Of a stretch of DNA of 64,000 nt, positions 61,474-64,000 are shown one piece after another. A program made the position numbers and the translations under genes. Under the pieces are notes generated by a model, which had not been told where the DNA came from, did not search any database, and was given only the letters and a program-made list of their open reading frames with translations. Positions within the stretch are counted from its first letter, which is position 1; every line of letters begins with the position of its first letter. The stretch comes from Lobosporangium transversale (taxonomy: Eukaryota), in assembly GCF_002105155.1 (NCBI RefSeq), contig NW_019029001.1, positions 496,001 to 560,000 on the forward strand, written 5' to 3'.

Positions 61474-64000
61474 GATTAGGATCTTGAGTCCGATGAAGAA
61501 GAGAAATTAATCAGCCAAAGAGGCGAAGAGGAACAAGGCAGGAAAAGCGGAAAAGGGAAAAAGGGAAAAGCTCCAAGGACGAGAGTACAAAGAGAAAAAA
61601 GGGGGGAGAAACGGTCTTTTGTAAAGATTACAATGGATGTTGTTGCAGAGTAGGCTCAGGGCTGGCGCTGAAATGTGTGCAAGGCTTGACAGCTATGATA
61701 TGAAGAACCAGGTAAAAATGATACGACTGGGTCAATTGGCATTCAGTTGATTTGACCGTGCTAATAGGTCAAAAGCGTACTTTTGTCTTGACGAAAAGGA
61801 CAGGCATTGATGATGTGTCCTTTGATCTTTGAGAACAACAGCAACAACAACAACAACAACTACAACAAAAAAAGCGTGGTAATAAATATTAAATTGAAGC
61901 TGTATGACTGCGTCAACTGGTGAGAAAATAATTTTTTTTTTTTTTTTTTTTTTTTCTTATCACTAATCACTGAATTCGGATTCAGTGCTGTTTGAAAGAA
62001 AGGAAGAAACAGGATATGGTTTAAAAACTCGACTTTATGAAAAGGCTGTCCAAAGGGGCGTCAAAGGAGATGAAGAAGAAAAAAAAGGGATGTGTGGTTG
62101 CCCTTTTTTTATTCTATCATTTGTGATGAGCGGAAACGAACGTAATCTCAGTATCCTGTGGGATTGAAGATCGGGAATCAGAAACAAATGGATCTTAAGA
62201 TAATGGGAATAAACAAATAATAATAATAATAATAAAAAAAAATAAAAAAAAAAACGTTGAGAAGTGTGTGTGTAAGAAATAAAGAGGATGAGGATGATTA
62301 TTGAGATGGTGATGCGTTGTCGTACAAGTTGCGTGCTAATAATCAGCTCAAAGGCAGAACGGAAATATTGGGCGAGAACAGTGGAGAGGATTAGTGATGA
62401 AAATGATTCGCGAGCAATGCTGTCCGAGTACAGTTGATGTTGTTAAAGATATCAAGTAGAGTAGGATGGCAATACGTGGCGTTGCAGGAGTATCAGTGAG
62501 GGTGTAAGGATGTGGGAGTGTTCTGTTAGAATGAAATGGGAGAAAGAGAGAGAGAAAAGAGAAAGAAAGAGAGGATCAACCGCTAGCCCAGCCCATCGAT
62601 GATGATGACTCGGTCTGCCTGTGTCAACACTGGATGAATCTTCTGTGTCTGTGTCTGTCGGTGTTCGGTCTTGATGAGATTCAATCGAGGACCAAATTTG
62701 TAGTCACTCGTGAAAGAAAGAAAACCAGTTTAACATTCATTTCATTCGTTATTCAATAAATACAGATGTATTGTATATATTTCTTTAATTATCGTTCGTT
62801 TAAATGTTTGTGCTGTTATTATTGTTATTATTTATGTGTCTTCGTTTGCTTTTCAAAAGTCTTCTATCTCTGTGGATCTTCTAGTCTAGTCATGCTTGCA
62901 TCCAATTCTTTTTCTGATCTTTATAATTCCTTTTCATCGCTGCGCCCGAATGAATAACAATTTTTTTAAAAAAAAAAAAAAAAAAAAAAACTTGGTTGTT
63001 GGGTATATTTTGCTTTTTTTTTTTTTTTTTTGTTTTTATAGAAACATAATCATCTTTTCTCCTTTCCCACACTTTTTTTTATTTTTTATTTTTTATTTTG
63101 CCTTTCGAGAGTTTGTATAACATTCTTTGGATAAAACTCTTTCTCTGATTTTTTTTTTTTTTATTCCAAATTGTGGAGCAAAGAAATTAATGGCAATGCT
63201 GAAACATGGTATCTCTTTTTTTTTTTTTCTTGTCATCTTCATCTGCCACGGGCCACTGAAACATCCAACTTTTCATTGAAAGATATTTAGTACAACGGGC
63301 TTGTCCGACTTTTAAAGATCTTCTGTTCATGAATAATGGAAATGCATTGACAGATTATTACGAGAGAAGAGTGGCAATCTCAAAACTTCATTGACATTGA
63401 CACATCAAATAAACATGTGGACCGACATGCATATGTCCGTCAAGTAAAGTATATAAAATGACGAATGTTTGTAACCTAGATTTTTTTTTATTTTTTCATG
63501 CGGACGCCTTGTTCGGGCAGTTCCCTTTTATGGAGCTTGCTCTCCTTAGACTGCTCATACAACCCCTCGTCTATGGAACTGTTTCCTCCATGGCCATGGT
63601 GGCTTCAATTTAGATCATAAGGGAGAACCCTTGAATTGAATCTATCAACCATTATCTCTTTTTTACTTTTCTTCCCTATTCTTTGTATTCAAATGATTTA
63701 TACTTGTGTCTGTTCTGCATTCCAAATTTTAGTAAGACATCATGGTACTGAAAAAAAAAAGCTTATCCCGATGGACAGAAATTTTGAGTGAATATATTTT
63801 TACCCCAGATAAAATAATGATAACGACGTCCCATAAGTCTTGTTATGGCTCAGAGAAAAAAAAAGGAACTACTAATCTCCCAGGACAAGATAGTTTTGAA
63901 TGAAGAAAGAGAATGAGGTATTAAAATAAACCACGCGAGAAAATATTGTGCCTGAGAGAAACGTTAGTTCCCGATCAAAAACAAGGTTCAACAACAGTCG

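Overview
Eukaryotic, intron-rich, A/T-homopolymer-rich DNA that looks fungal (Mucoromycota/Mortierellaceae-like by gene content and style; this is inference). About 1-7.4 kb is an apparently intact L1/Tx1-type LINE (CCHC ORF1; APE-RT-zinc-finger ORF2) with three oddities: a long stem-loop with a poly(A) loop between the ORFs, an intronless antisense ORF (224 aa) right after ORF2, and a probable 3' end about 12 bp upstream of a tRNA-Ile(AAT) gene. 7.6-15.4 kb is a stack of decayed transposons (hAT, Tc1/mariner, possible solo LTR, duplicated relic). 16-64 kb holds host genes: alcohol acetyltransferase-like, PP2C with a 9-nt microexon, Msn2/Seb1-like C2H2 factor, VAP/Scs2, NPP phosphodiesterase, Ert1/AcuK-like zinc-cluster factor and several hypotheticals. 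It also contains a 380-bp MITE with a 9-bp TSD and a 3.85-kb hAT element with very long (319/403 bp) TIRs and an atypical 5-bp TSD. Exon boundaries were read by eye and no database searches were run.
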